Positions 9,850 to 19,017 of a stretch of 56,649 nucleotides of DNA are shown here, piece after piece (position 1 is the first letter of the stretch; each line of letters starts with the position of its first letter). Position numbers and translations under genes: made by a program. Below the pieces are notes generated by a model, which searched no databases, was not told the DNA's origin, and worked only from the letters and a program-made list of their open reading frames with translations. The stretch lies in IMG/VR virus record IMGVR_UViG_3300031413_000586. One strand, given 5' to 3'. The stretch comes from an uncultured virus (IMG/VR IMGVR_UViG_3300031413_000586) (Duplodnaviria; Heunggongvirae; Uroviricota; Caudoviricetes).

Positions 9850-10590
9850 ATGATTCTTCTGATGTTTAAGTTCATTTTGTTTGCCTCTCTTATTGTTGCT
9901 TCATTTTCTATCAATGCAATGAATCGCAATATTGTTATACATGATAGAGCAGGACTTGATGAAGAAATGAAATACCTTTCGAAAAATTTTGATGCAGAAA
10001 AGCCTGACACCCTTATTCGATTAGTGGATTATGCTATGAGACATTCAGATGAACGTGGTTACATTTTAAATAATTTTGCAATGAAGCTTTCAAAAGATAC
10101 AGAAAAGATGAACAACATACAATTTATTGTAGATTACATTTCTAATCATATTGTAAGTCTTGACAATAACAATATTCCAAAAAACGGAGAATGGAGTGGT
10201 CAATCAGGTCATTCAAATTTTTTTATTGATGGTGATACAAAATCATTTTCACGTAATGAAGTAAGACAAGCTGCACCACAAGGAATTCCTTTTGAATATG
10301 GATATCCTAATTTTTCAAAATTTAAAATAGGTGAATCAATACCTATAAAAAATCCATCAGGATCTTATGAATTTGATTATGAAAAAGTTGTAGAAAATCT
10401 GATATTTGAGAAAAAATCTCTTAATGGTATGATTTTTAATAGTAAAGAAGAATTAAATGAATACTTTCAATCGAATTATGCAGATCTTCAATACTCTCTT
10501 CATGATAATACATTTGAATTAATACCTAATATTGTATCTTCTGTTATTGACTATAAAGTGCCACATATATCAAAAAGAAAACCGCATTAA
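9850..10590 (+). CDS. secreted protein with degenerate HNH/colicin-DNase-like C-terminal domain
   Basis: Signal peptide; GEWSGQSGHS..GIPFEYGYPNFS..FELIP resemble toxin HNH domains, His cluster absent. Confidence 0.5.
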   Translation: MILLMFKFILFASLIVASFSINAMNRNIVIHDRAGLDEEMKYLSKNFDAEKPDTLIRLVDYAMRHSDERGYILNNFAMKLSKDTEKMNNIQFIVDYISNHIVSLDNNNIPKNGEWSGQSGHSNFFIDGDTKSFSRNEVRQAAPQGIPFEYGYPNFSKFKIGESIPIKNPSGSYEFDYEKVVENLIFEKKSLNGMIFNSKEELNEYFQSNYADLQYSLHDNTFELIPNIVSSVIDYKVPHISKRKPH

Positions 10591-11027
10591 GCGGTTTCTC
10601 TTTCTTGCACATAATAATTCATTAGAAAATTAATTTCGTCTTTTTCTAGTCCAAAGAATTTTTTATACCTATCATGCAATCTATTTATTGTATAGTTATT
10701 GTGTTTACCTAGTATTGTAATAGCTGGTTCTCCATAAGCTTTAAGAATCGTAGACATCAGTTCGGCTATATTATAAATCTCTGTTTTAAATTTCTGATGA
10801 TAGGTTAGCGGATTTTTGTCTTTTTCATAATGACTATCTCTAATAGTAATATTAATATCTTGTCCTTTTATTATGGCATACATCATAAAATCCCCCAGTG
10901 TTAAATCATATTTATTTTTTTTATAATTTTCTCTAAAATGAATAACTGCTTTTTTGATAACTGCTTTTTTATCAAAAACAAGAGTTTCTGTATTTGTTTC
11001 TAGTACATTGTTAGTTTGTGTGTTCAT
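10587..11027 (-). CDS. hypothetical protein, distant paralog of 11652..12005
   Basis: LGDFMMYAIIKGQDI vs LDDYVLYALLREKQDF; AGGAG SD. Confidence 0.7.
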   Translation of the reverse strand: MNTQTNNVLETNTETLVFDKKAVIKKAVIHFRENYKKNKYDLTLGDFMMYAIIKGQDINITIRDSHYEKDKNPLTYHQKFKTEIYNIAELMSTILKAYGEPAITILGKHNNYTINRLHDRYKKFFGLEKDEINFLMNYYVQERETA

Positions 11028-11029
11028 GA

Positions 11030-11617
11030 TTATTCTCCTAATAGTTCATTGATTTTTTTGCCGATTTTGTTTATTTTTTTCCATTTGATTTTAAAGCTAG
11101 TAGATTCAATGCCGCCAAACATGGACGCATTACTGTGAATTTCACAAAGAGCCGTAATCAAAAGTGTAGTGGCGAATGGTTGACTAAAGAATTGGTCGAA
11201 ATCATCCATTTTTAGTAAATGAATATCCATATCTCGCTCTATTAACTGAGCCTGAATTTCTGTGCCGCCGATTTGACGCCAAATGGCACCGGATATTTTT
11301 GCATGTTCAGGAAAGTGTCGTTTACCTTCATCATCCGTAGTTAGACAAAAAGGTTTTCCACAATCATGATAAATTTGATAGGTATTAATATCCTTATCAT
11401 TTTCAAGAGACAACCAAATTTTAGGATTATTAATCCATTCAGGTAATTTCCATTCAAATATTAAAGGACTTCCATTAATAATATGATCTTTAAGATCATG
11501 AAAGTATTTATTAACAGATAAACCATGTTGAAGTACATTCATTTCTTGTGTTTGTTCACAAGATTTCATTGCTTTTATGAGTTTTTTAAAGTTGATATTA
11601 TCAATCTATGTGTTCAT
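11030..11617 (-). CDS. HD-domain phosphohydrolase with in-frame amber at codon 4
   Basis: QHGLSV..YHDCGKP..HFPEHA..MDIH; SD TAGGAG precedes ATG 11617, in frame with ORF 11030..11569 via ATG AAC ACA TAG ATT GAT AAT. Confidence 0.75.
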
Positions 11618-11651
11618 TTTTTAGCTCCTATTAAGTTGTTTTATTATATCA

Positions 11652-12005
11652 TTAATTTGTATATTTAGCCAATTGTTTTTTGAAAGATTCCAAGATTTCC
11701 ACTAGTTTTTCACTGGTCAAATCGATACCTAATCTAGTCGCATAATATCTATAAATATTACCTTTTTTTGACAACTCGTCGTTTGCGGCCAAATTGGTAA
11801 ATGTTTTAATGTATTGTTTCGCAATGTCAATAGCTTGTTGTTTATTGTGAGCACATTTAGTGAAATCTTGTTTTTCTCTTAATAATGCATATAGAACATA
11901 ATCATCCAGAAACAAGACTTTAACTTTATGACCGTTGGCATTTTTTGTTGGACGTGTCACTTTTAAAAATGTTTTCATATTGTCTATCATTGATTTTGTA
12001 TTCAT
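11652..12005 (-). CDS. hypothetical protein
   Basis: 117 aa ORF, AAGGAG SD, ATGA overlap with upstream gene. Confidence 0.7.
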   Translation of the reverse strand: MNTKSMIDNMKTFLKVTRPTKNANGHKVKVLFLDDYVLYALLREKQDFTKCAHNKQQAIDIAKQYIKTFTNLAANDELSKKGNIYRYYATRLGIDLTSEKLVEILESFKKQLAKYTN

Positions 12006-12778
12006 TTTGTTGCTCCTTTTAAAAAATCGTTAAGTGAATTGTATTGTTTGAAGTCTTTTTTGTTTGTAATTGTTTGTATAAATTCAGGTGATTCAAAAAA
12101 CTCCATGCCTTCTGGTGTAAACTCTAGATCGTGCCACGTTTCTTTATTTAATCTCCACATAACTTCAATATTTCCATTTTCCATTTGAAATAGGACAAGA
12201 TTATCAGGAATATCAGTCATGGAAGTAAAGAATTGAACGAATGAATCCAACGAATTTAAATCAACAGTCTTTTCGTCACCATGCTCTCCCCAACCATGAT
12301 CACGCATAACAATATCAAGCAGCATTTTGCAGACACTTTTAGAAAGTTTTTCCAATATTGGACTGACAATTAATAAACGTGCTTGATATGCTTCACTCGC
12401 TTTTTTTGGATACATAAATTTGAAAGACGTGTGTAACTTCGATGGCAGTATCAATCCATCATCAAAACCATGAACAAATAAATAGGCTCCGTCAGGCTGG
12501 AAGTTAATATCAACAATTTCATTGTTGACTTTCCAATTAATTGATACATAACCTTCATAATCGAAGAATATCCCCAAGTCTTCTGGCAATTTATCTTTTG
12601 TGTTTATCAAAAAAATAATCATGTCAGATAATGATTGAGTATTCATTGGTGATCCATTTTGACCATCCCAGTTGGACTGTATAGCCGCTAAAGATAATAA
12701 TCTTTCAGTATTTCTATTACCTAAAAAATCTTTATGGCTATTAATCATTTTAATTTGTATATCGTGATCTATATTCAT
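12002..12778 (-). CDS. hypothetical protein with two internal repeat domains
   Basis: NWDGQNG..SLSDM..LGIFFDYEGYVSINW and GWGEHG..SLDSF..LVLFQMENGNIEVMW; start at ATG after AAGGAG. Confidence 0.7.
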   Translation of the reverse strand: MNIDHDIQIKMINSHKDFLGNRNTERLLSLAAIQSNWDGQNGSPMNTQSLSDMIIFLINTKDKLPEDLGIFFDYEGYVSINWKVNNEIVDINFQPDGAYLFVHGFDDGLILPSKLHTSFKFMYPKKASEAYQARLLIVSPILEKLSKSVCKMLLDIVMRDHGWGEHGDEKTVDLNSLDSFVQFFTSMTDIPDNLVLFQMENGNIEVMWRLNKETWHDLEFTPEGMEFFESPEFIQTITNKKDFKQYNSLNDFLKGATK

Positions 12779-12789
12779 GAATTTTCTCC

Positions 12790-13251
12790 TTAAACACATT
12801 GAAATTTTTTAGTGATTGATCTGATTTCTTCTTTTGTGCATGGACCAATACCAAGAGCAGTAATAATAGGTGAACCGTCAAAATGAGGTGGAAATATATG
12901 ATCTTGATCAACAATCAATGCACAAGGTAAACCAAGAGCGATAGCTTGATTATAGGCTTTAATCAAATGATCGTCATTTTTGGCTTTGAGAGTTACTTTA
13001 GAACCACCTGATTGACGATTTCTGTATTTGGAAACTTTTTCAGGATGTGTTTCAATAGCTGCCATTAAAGCATCGGTATACGCATGTCCAGCTTGTGCAG
13101 AAAGTTTTCCGACAGGCATTTCGAGATCGTTTCGAATGATTGCATAAATATAATGATGGGCATTTTTGTCCGCAGGGACGAATTGTGTGTACTTGCTAAG
13201 AATTTCTTCTTTTGTGATGATTTGGTTTTCTTGATTATCAATCTACAACAT
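12790..13251 (-). CDS. peptidyl-tRNA hydrolase, Pth2 family, with in-frame amber at codon 3
   Basis: YAIIRNDLEMPVGKLSAQAGHA, KVTLK, ITALGIGP Pth2 motifs; first strand lies upstream of ATG 13119; SD AAAGGAG then ATG TTG TAG ATT GAT AAT in frame. Confidence 0.85.
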
Positions 13252-13283
13252 GGTGTAATCTCCTTTGGTTTATTTGTACTATA

Positions 13284-13312
13284 AGTCTAACAATAAAAAA
13301 TCATTAAGTCAA
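13284..13312 (-). promoter_or_regulatory. sigma70-like promoter of the pth2-HD operon
   Basis: TTGACT-17 nt-TAGACT on minus strand. Confidence 0.6.
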
Positions 13313-13444
13313 CAAAAATATCAACATTGACAAAAAAAACAACAGCTATATTTACTTTTGAACCTTCAGCATTTTTCTTTATTGTCAGACAAATAGGAGC
13401 CTGCTTTGAACTAGGTTTCTTATCTTTTTGATTCGATATCTAGT

Positions 13445-14194
13445 TTAATTTATATACATTTTGAAAACTTGGAAAATACCTAAATCTTTTATAACATCTT
13501 TAATATCGAAAACTTTCAAGGCTTTATTATATTTCCTGTTTGACAGGAAATAATACATAAATTTTTCTTCACTTGTTTGACACCATTCCGGCATATTCAA
13601 ACCATTTATTTTTCTGTATATCTTTTTTTTGTTATTATTAAGACCTATGCTCTGCATAAAATATATATTAAACTTAAAATAGTGTTGGTGTATATCAACT
13701 TCTGCCATTTTAAAACTTGGCTCAATATGAATATCAATAAACTTAATTTTTGATAGGTCATAATCGGCATAGTTAATACTGGCGTAAATCCTCATTCCAT
13801 ATTTATTATTTTCATCAAACGTTTGATGAAAAAAATCATTGTCATTTTTATCTATCAAGTCCATAAAAGAAATTTCAACATTAACTTTTAGTCGGTCAAT
13901 GGTGGCAGATTTTTTGTCTTTTAAATTAAGAAGAAATTGATCAGTGAATATGGTTTTAAGGCTTCTGATATTTTTATAAAACATATATTGCCGACTTTGA
14001 AGATACTGATCATCCCATTCATAAATATTATCATCTGGATAATCATGATCATGTTCAATATAGCAATTACAACAATCGCAATCTTCCCAATCATCATTCA
14101 AAATTCGATTGGCTTGTACTGATGTAAATTTTTTTGTTCTTTCGTTGTTTCTGAATTTGCCAAGTTTGCGGATGGCACTATTTTGACTGTACAT
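13445..14194 (-). CDS. hypothetical protein, Cys/His/Asp-rich patch, C-terminal M(-4) tag
   Basis: DCDCCNCYIEHDHD; ends FQVFKMYIN; AGGAG SD. Confidence 0.7.
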   Translation of the reverse strand: MYSQNSAIRKLGKFRNNERTKKFTSVQANRILNDDWEDCDCCNCYIEHDHDYPDDNIYEWDDQYLQSRQYMFYKNIRSLKTIFTDQFLLNLKDKKSATIDRLKVNVEISFMDLIDKNDNDFFHQTFDENNKYGMRIYASINYADYDLSKIKFIDIHIEPSFKMAEVDIHQHYFKFNIYFMQSIGLNNNKKKIYRKINGLNMPEWCQTSEEKFMYYFLSNRKYNKALKVFDIKDVIKDLGIFQVFKMYIN

Positions 14195-14199
14195 GTGAT

Positions 14200-14330
14200 G
14201 CTCCTAATTAATTGTTACACATCTGACAGGTGCATTAATAGATATTAGTTATAATATCACTTTCGATAATTTAAGTCTGCATTCGTCATCTGTGATCATG
14301 AATTAATTGACTACATGGTTGTTTCTCCTT
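14200..14330 (-). promoter_or_regulatory. structured 5' leader with SD-ATG-TAG minigene
   Basis: AAGGAGAAACAACC ATG TAG (ATG TAG at 14316-14311), then nested complementary segments CAC/GTG, TGAC/GTCA, TGCA/TGCA, GATATTA/TAATATC; upstream TTGATT-17-TATCAT. Confidence 0.5.
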
Positions 14331-14393
14331 TTATATTATTAAAAAATGTACAAATATGATAACAATTTTTGTTTTTAAAATCAAGCTTATTTT

Positions 14394-15479
14394 TTACAGA
14401 GTCATCATTGAAACAAGGTCAAAAAATGCTTGTGGATTATCCTCTAACTCATCATGATTCATTTCTATTTCATACTTTTCAAAAAATTTCTTAAATTGGT
14501 AATGAAAAATTATCTTTTTGAAAAAATCTTTTGAGTATTCTTTTTTTAATCTGAGATAACCGTGAGGTGTCATACAAATAGCATAATAGTTTTTGTTTGC
14601 TAAAAAATCAAAATTTCTAATCTCAATTGTAAAATGTTGGTAGTTTGAACCTGTAACATATTTCTGATTGAATGTTTTTACAACACCTTTTTCAGCTTTC
14701 TTTTTACTTTCTTTATGTATCAGTTCTGATTTTTGTAATTTAACCTTTATTTTAATATTAGGAATGGGCAATCCTTCTGTTGAAATTTTATATTCAAACT
14801 TCTTTTCTATTTCTAAAGAAAAAGATATTGAATTTTTAATAAAATAACAAAGTTTTTGACTGTTATTTAAAGGCTTTCTTGGATGTATTGTTTCAATTTC
14901 GCCATACGTTGAAAAGACTTCTAAAATTTCTTTAACACAATGGTCTGCTATTGGATTAATTTGTTTATCTAAAGCATCTTTGAAATTATCAAAATAATTT
15001 TTATCAGTGAGTTCAAAATCTAGATCATAATTATATTCAGGAATAAGGTCAGCCTTGTACTTTTTCTTATAATCTTCTTTATTTAATAATATATTAGGAC
15101 AGGCATCTAATTTCTCTTTCAAACCATATATTTTTGATGTTGGAAATTTACTATGATTTTTTCTAAATATCATAGAATATGATTTATAAATCCGCTCTGG
15201 AATATTTTTTACTTCTTTGTTGGCGGTTTGTTGTAATTTATTTTCTTTTATGCTGAAAGATTGTATATAGTAGCTATCAGGTGATGGTACAGTCGCCAGA
15301 TTTTTCTTAATTATGAGATAATCAGCTTCATCTTTAAAAGCAGCTAGAAATAATTTTTCCATAGGCAATTTCAAATTGTCTTTTCTAGCAGAATAGGAAA
15401 GAGGTGTCTTCTGATTATTATCAGTAACAACTATTTCAACGGTCTGATCCTTATATTGATCAAAATCAATTGTATACAT
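14394..15479 (-). CDS. hypothetical protein, C-terminal M(-4) tag
   Basis: Long ORF, start at ATG after GGAG; ends FFDLVSMMTL. Confidence 0.7.
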   Translation of the reverse strand: MYTIDFDQYKDQTVEIVVTDNNQKTPLSYSARKDNLKLPMEKLFLAAFKDEADYLIIKKNLATVPSPDSYYIQSFSIKENKLQQTANKEVKNIPERIYKSYSMIFRKNHSKFPTSKIYGLKEKLDACPNILLNKEDYKKKYKADLIPEYNYDLDFELTDKNYFDNFKDALDKQINPIADHCVKEILEVFSTYGEIETIHPRKPLNNSQKLCYFIKNSISFSLEIEKKFEYKISTEGLPIPNIKIKVKLQKSELIHKESKKKAEKGVVKTFNQKYVTGSNYQHFTIEIRNFDFLANKNYYAICMTPHGYLRLKKEYSKDFFKKIIFHYQFKKFFEKYEIEMNHDELEDNPQAFFDLVSMMTL

Positions 15480-15480
15480 A

Positions 15481-16200
15481 TTAAATTCTCCACATTTCAT
15501 CTAATTTTTGAAATTCATCTATATTTGCAATAAAATCATCAAGGTTTACTTTCATATTTGTTTTTTTCTCAAACCTATGTTTTATTTTTCCCATAATAAT
15601 ATTTTTTATGGCAGTATTGAAATTATTCAGTGTAGAAAAAATTTCAAGATCTCTTTTTAAAACAAAATACTTACAGTCATGTTTATCAGTTATTACCACC
15701 TTAAATCTAGAATTGTATATGGTCATTTCACAAACAAGAGCCATAATGATGGTATTGCTGGCATGATGAAAAAAAGGTTGTTCTTTAAATACGTTATTAA
15801 ATTTCATGATTTTATTATTTATCTTGAAATCAATAGGTGCCCATGTATTTTCAATATGTTGAAAATACTTCTGATACGTATCATGATCAATGATGTTATA
15901 TTTTTTTAGTGTTTTTATATAGAAGTTGTTTAATGTTGTAATTTTTTGCTCTTTACTGGCAAGATACTGGGTTGAGTCCCTAGCATAATTATGACAATTT
16001 GAAGTCCTGAAATTGATTTCACTCAGAAATTTTTTATTATTGAAATAATAATCTTTGGCAATGTCTGCAATGATCAGATTGGATATAGATTTTTTGGGAT
16101 TGATTACACATAGTCTATTCAATTCACTATTTTCATCCATCATCAGCATTAGATTGGTATTCAATATAAATCTCCAATAAAGAGCTATATTATACAACAA
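15481..16200 (-). CDS. hypothetical protein, C-terminal M(-4) tag (start uncertain)
   Basis: 239 aa ORF; ends FQKLDEMWRI. Confidence 0.65.
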   Translation of the reverse strand: MLYNIALYWRFILNTNLMLMMDENSELNRLCVINPKKSISNLIIADIAKDYYFNNKKFLSEINFRTSNCHNYARDSTQYLASKEQKITTLNNFYIKTLKKYNIIDHDTYQKYFQHIENTWAPIDFKINNKIMKFNNVFKEQPFFHHASNTIIMALVCEMTIYNSRFKVVITDKHDCKYFVLKRDLEIFSTLNNFNTAIKNIIMGKIKHRFEKKTNMKVNLDDFIANIDEFQKLDEMWRI

Positions 16201-16288
16201 AAAAAATAAAAATCAAATAAAAATAGAACTATAATTGACAAAATCGACATTTGTAATACAGTATTCTGATATATATGAGGTATATCTT

Positions 16289-16882
16289 ATGAAAAAAATA
16301 CAAGATTATTTAAAGCAGTCTTATGATAATTCTGTTTCAAAAGGATGGTATGAAAGACCAACTACGTCGATAGAAAGGTTTAGTTTAATGTTATCAGAAG
16401 TTTCAGAAGCTACCGAGGAAGTGCGTTCTAAAAAAGATGATTTCTACATGGTGGCGGAAAAACCAGAGGGACAGGCTGTTGAATTGGTAGACGTTCTTAT
16501 TCGTATCTTTGATTATGCTGGTTATAAAAATGTCAATCTTAGAAAAATAATAGAAACACAATTCTTTTTATATTTTGAAAAAATAGAAACTGTCTCTGAC
16601 TTATTGGTAGCAGTTGAAAATCTAAAAAACATCAAATGCTATGAAGAGCTTGAAAATTTATCCAGTGATATAGAATATCATGCATCAGTAGCTATCTCCA
16701 TATGCGAAGCAATTAAATCTTATATGAAAAAAAACGACAAGGAGTTCCTGTTCTTGGCAGAAGTTGTTGTTAAGATAGCCTATATTTTTCATATCAAAAA
16801 ATGGGATTTATCTAAAATATTGGATATAAAACATGAATACAATACTACACGCCCTCATAAACACGGCGGAAAAACTTGTTGA
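16289..16882 (+). CDS. MazG-like nucleotide pyrophosphohydrolase
   Basis: LMLSEVSEATEEVR..VELVDVLIRIFD..KHEYNTTRPHKHGGK; start after GAGG. Confidence 0.8.
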   Translation: MKKIQDYLKQSYDNSVSKGWYERPTTSIERFSLMLSEVSEATEEVRSKKDDFYMVAEKPEGQAVELVDVLIRIFDYAGYKNVNLRKIIETQFFLYFEKIETVSDLLVAVENLKNIKCYEELENLSSDIEYHASVAISICEAIKSYMKKNDKEFLFLAEVVVKIAYIFHIKKWDLSKILDIKHEYNTTRPHKHGGKTC

Positions 16883-16897
16883 TTTGAGGAATATAAA

Positions 16898-17443
16898 ATG
16901 AAAAAATTAATAGGCTGTGGGGTATTGTTTGCAATAGGGTTATTGACAGGTTGTGTGTCAGATTCTAAATCAATTAATCAAATGACATTACCTTCATTTA
17001 CCAATATGGACGGTCGGTTGATTACTGATTGGCAGCAGAAAACGTTGATTGATTTATTGGATGATGATATAGAAATTGATAGAAATCAGAATTATATTTT
17101 ATTAACAGTCCAAAATGAAAAAGTTTTCAATGACACAGATGCAATAACGCTTAAAGAGTCATTCAAGCGACAACTTGATCAAATCATAAGTGTGGTCAAG
17201 GTTAGTAAGAAAAGCAAGATTAAAGTTATTGTAAACAGCGATGACACATTACCAGCAATAGAAAGTTTTGATCAGACCGCAGAACAAGCATTATTAATTG
17301 CTGATTATATTAAATTTAAAGGAGTTGTCGAAGAAAATGTCACTTTCTTTGGTGTCGGTTCTCATCAACCTTTAGCAGATAATTCTACAAAAAATGGTCA
17401 AAAGATTAATCGTCGGCTTGAAATTCAAATATCAAACGATTAA
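16898..17443 (+). CDS. OmpA-family peptidoglycan-binding lipoprotein (divergent)
   Basis: LTGC lipobox; GVGSHQPLADN..GQKINRRLEI. Confidence 0.8.
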   Translation: MKKLIGCGVLFAIGLLTGCVSDSKSINQMTLPSFTNMDGRLITDWQQKTLIDLLDDDIEIDRNQNYILLTVQNEKVFNDTDAITLKESFKRQLDQIISVVKVSKKSKIKVIVNSDDTLPAIESFDQTAEQALLIADYIKFKGVVEENVTFFGVGSHQPLADNSTKNGQKINRRLEIQISND

Positions 17444-17486
17444 ATATAGTAACATCTAATTCAATTAACTAAGACAGGAGAGAAGT

Positions 17487-18137
17487 ATGCGTAAAATTAC
17501 AGTATTAGCAGTATTGATATCAGCAATTGTAATGGGTGGTTGTACAACAAATCCATATTCGGGAGAAAGTCAAACAGCAAAAAGTGCTAAGTACGGGGGC
17601 TTTGGAGCATTAGGTGGTGCGGCTGTAGGTGCGTTGGCTGGTGGCAAGAAGGGTGCGTTGATTGGTGCTGCTCTAGGCGGTTCAGCAGGTGCTGGATATG
17701 GTTACTATACAGATGTTCAAGAAAAGAAATTGAGAGATTCCTTACAAGGTACAGGTGTTCAAGTAGCCAGAGAAGGCAATAACCTTTCACTTGTAATGCC
17801 GGGAAATATTACATTTGAAACAGGCAATGCAAATATGTCATCTTCATTTTATCCAACATTGAATTCTATTGTCACTGTATTGAAAGAATATAAAGATAGC
17901 ACTATCAAGGTAAACGGTCATACTGATAACTCGGGCAATTCTGATAAAAATCAGGTGCTTTCAGAACAAAGAGCCGCTTCTGTTGCCAATTACATTATAG
18001 CACAGGGTGTGAGTGCCCAAAGAGTCCAATCAACAGGTTATGGATCTCGTTATCCAGTTGCTGATAATAGTTCAGAAAGTGGAAAGCAATCCAATCGTCG
18101 TGTTGAAATACAAATCATTAATAGTCAGCAGGGTTAA
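17487..18137 (+). CDS. OmpA-family lipoprotein with glycine zipper (YiaD-like)
   Basis: MGGC lipobox, Gly zipper, GHTDNSG..NQVLSEQRAASV..GYGSRYPVADN..NRRVEI. Confidence 0.92.
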   Translation: MRKITVLAVLISAIVMGGCTTNPYSGESQTAKSAKYGGFGALGGAAVGALAGGKKGALIGAALGGSAGAGYGYYTDVQEKKLRDSLQGTGVQVAREGNNLSLVMPGNITFETGNANMSSSFYPTLNSIVTVLKEYKDSTIKVNGHTDNSGNSDKNQVLSEQRAASVANYIIAQGVSAQRVQSTGYGSRYPVADNSSESGKQSNRRVEIQIINSQQG

Positions 18138-18139
18138 TC

Positions 18140-18793
18140 ATGTTTAAACTTAATGTTTTATCCACTTGTATGTTAATACTAATGCTGAGCGGATGTACGA
18201 CATCAACCTATACATATACGCAGCAAACTGGATTTATAGATGATGCCGGAAATCCAGTGCCCTCTTCCATTCCAGTAATCGATGCTGGAAGTCAGTCTGA
18301 TATGTCAGCGACTTCCACTGTTGGAAATGGTTTGTTACCTGTGACATCTGTATCCAATGTTGCTTATGATCCAAGCTTTGCAGCTTATGTTGAATCGCAA
18401 GAGTCAGCCATTCGTACTCAATTGGAAAAGACAGGTATGCAAGTTATTAAAAAAGGTGATGATCTCTTTTTGTATATGTCAACCACTGATGCTTTTAGTT
18501 ATAATGGTTATCAATTAACAACTTATGGATACAACACGCTTGATAAGATAGCTTATTTTCTACAAGATTACGACAATAACAAAACGACTTTTCATGTAGG
18601 TGCTTATAATGGTCCTTTTAATAAAGATATGACATTAAATGATATCAGAGCACGAGTGACTACAGATTATCTGTTAGCTAAACATGTAGTTAGTGAGCAA
18701 ATTACTTATTCGACAAACACATCTATTCCATTAACGGGTGTTAATCCTAATGATGGGTACATTGAGATTAAAATAATCAATGTGAACAAGTAA
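18140..18793 (+). CDS. degenerate OmpA-like lipoprotein
   Basis: LSGC lipobox; YVESQESAIRTQLEKTGMQVIKKGDDL matches the YiaD linker; LNDIRARV. Confidence 0.65.
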   Translation: MFKLNVLSTCMLILMLSGCTTSTYTYTQQTGFIDDAGNPVPSSIPVIDAGSQSDMSATSTVGNGLLPVTSVSNVAYDPSFAAYVESQESAIRTQLEKTGMQVIKKGDDLFLYMSTTDAFSYNGYQLTTYGYNTLDKIAYFLQDYDNNKTTFHVGAYNGPFNKDMTLNDIRARVTTDYLLAKHVVSEQITYSTNTSIPLTGVNPNDGYIEIKIINVNK

Positions 18794-18860
18794 TATTCTT
18801 GTAGAAAACTATATAAAAGACCTTTTGATTAGGTCTTTTAATTTTTATGTCAAAAAAATT

Positions 18861-18910
18861 TAGGATCTTTTACGGTAATGCATGGCAATTTATTACCGTG
18901 AGTATATCAA
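18861..18910 (+). repeat. 50-bp dispersed repeat copy 1 (IS200/IS605 right-end-like)
   Basis: 38/50 ungapped identity to 31177..31226; ACGGTAAT/ATTACCGT hairpin then GAGTATATCAA. Confidence 0.55.
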
Positions 18911-19017
18911 TATGAAGTTTTCTACATTATAGAAGCATGAAATTTTAATCTTGGGTCCATTCGCCTATTGACTTTGACTGGTTAAAAGTTAATATTTTAA
19001 TAGCCTTGGAGATAAAA

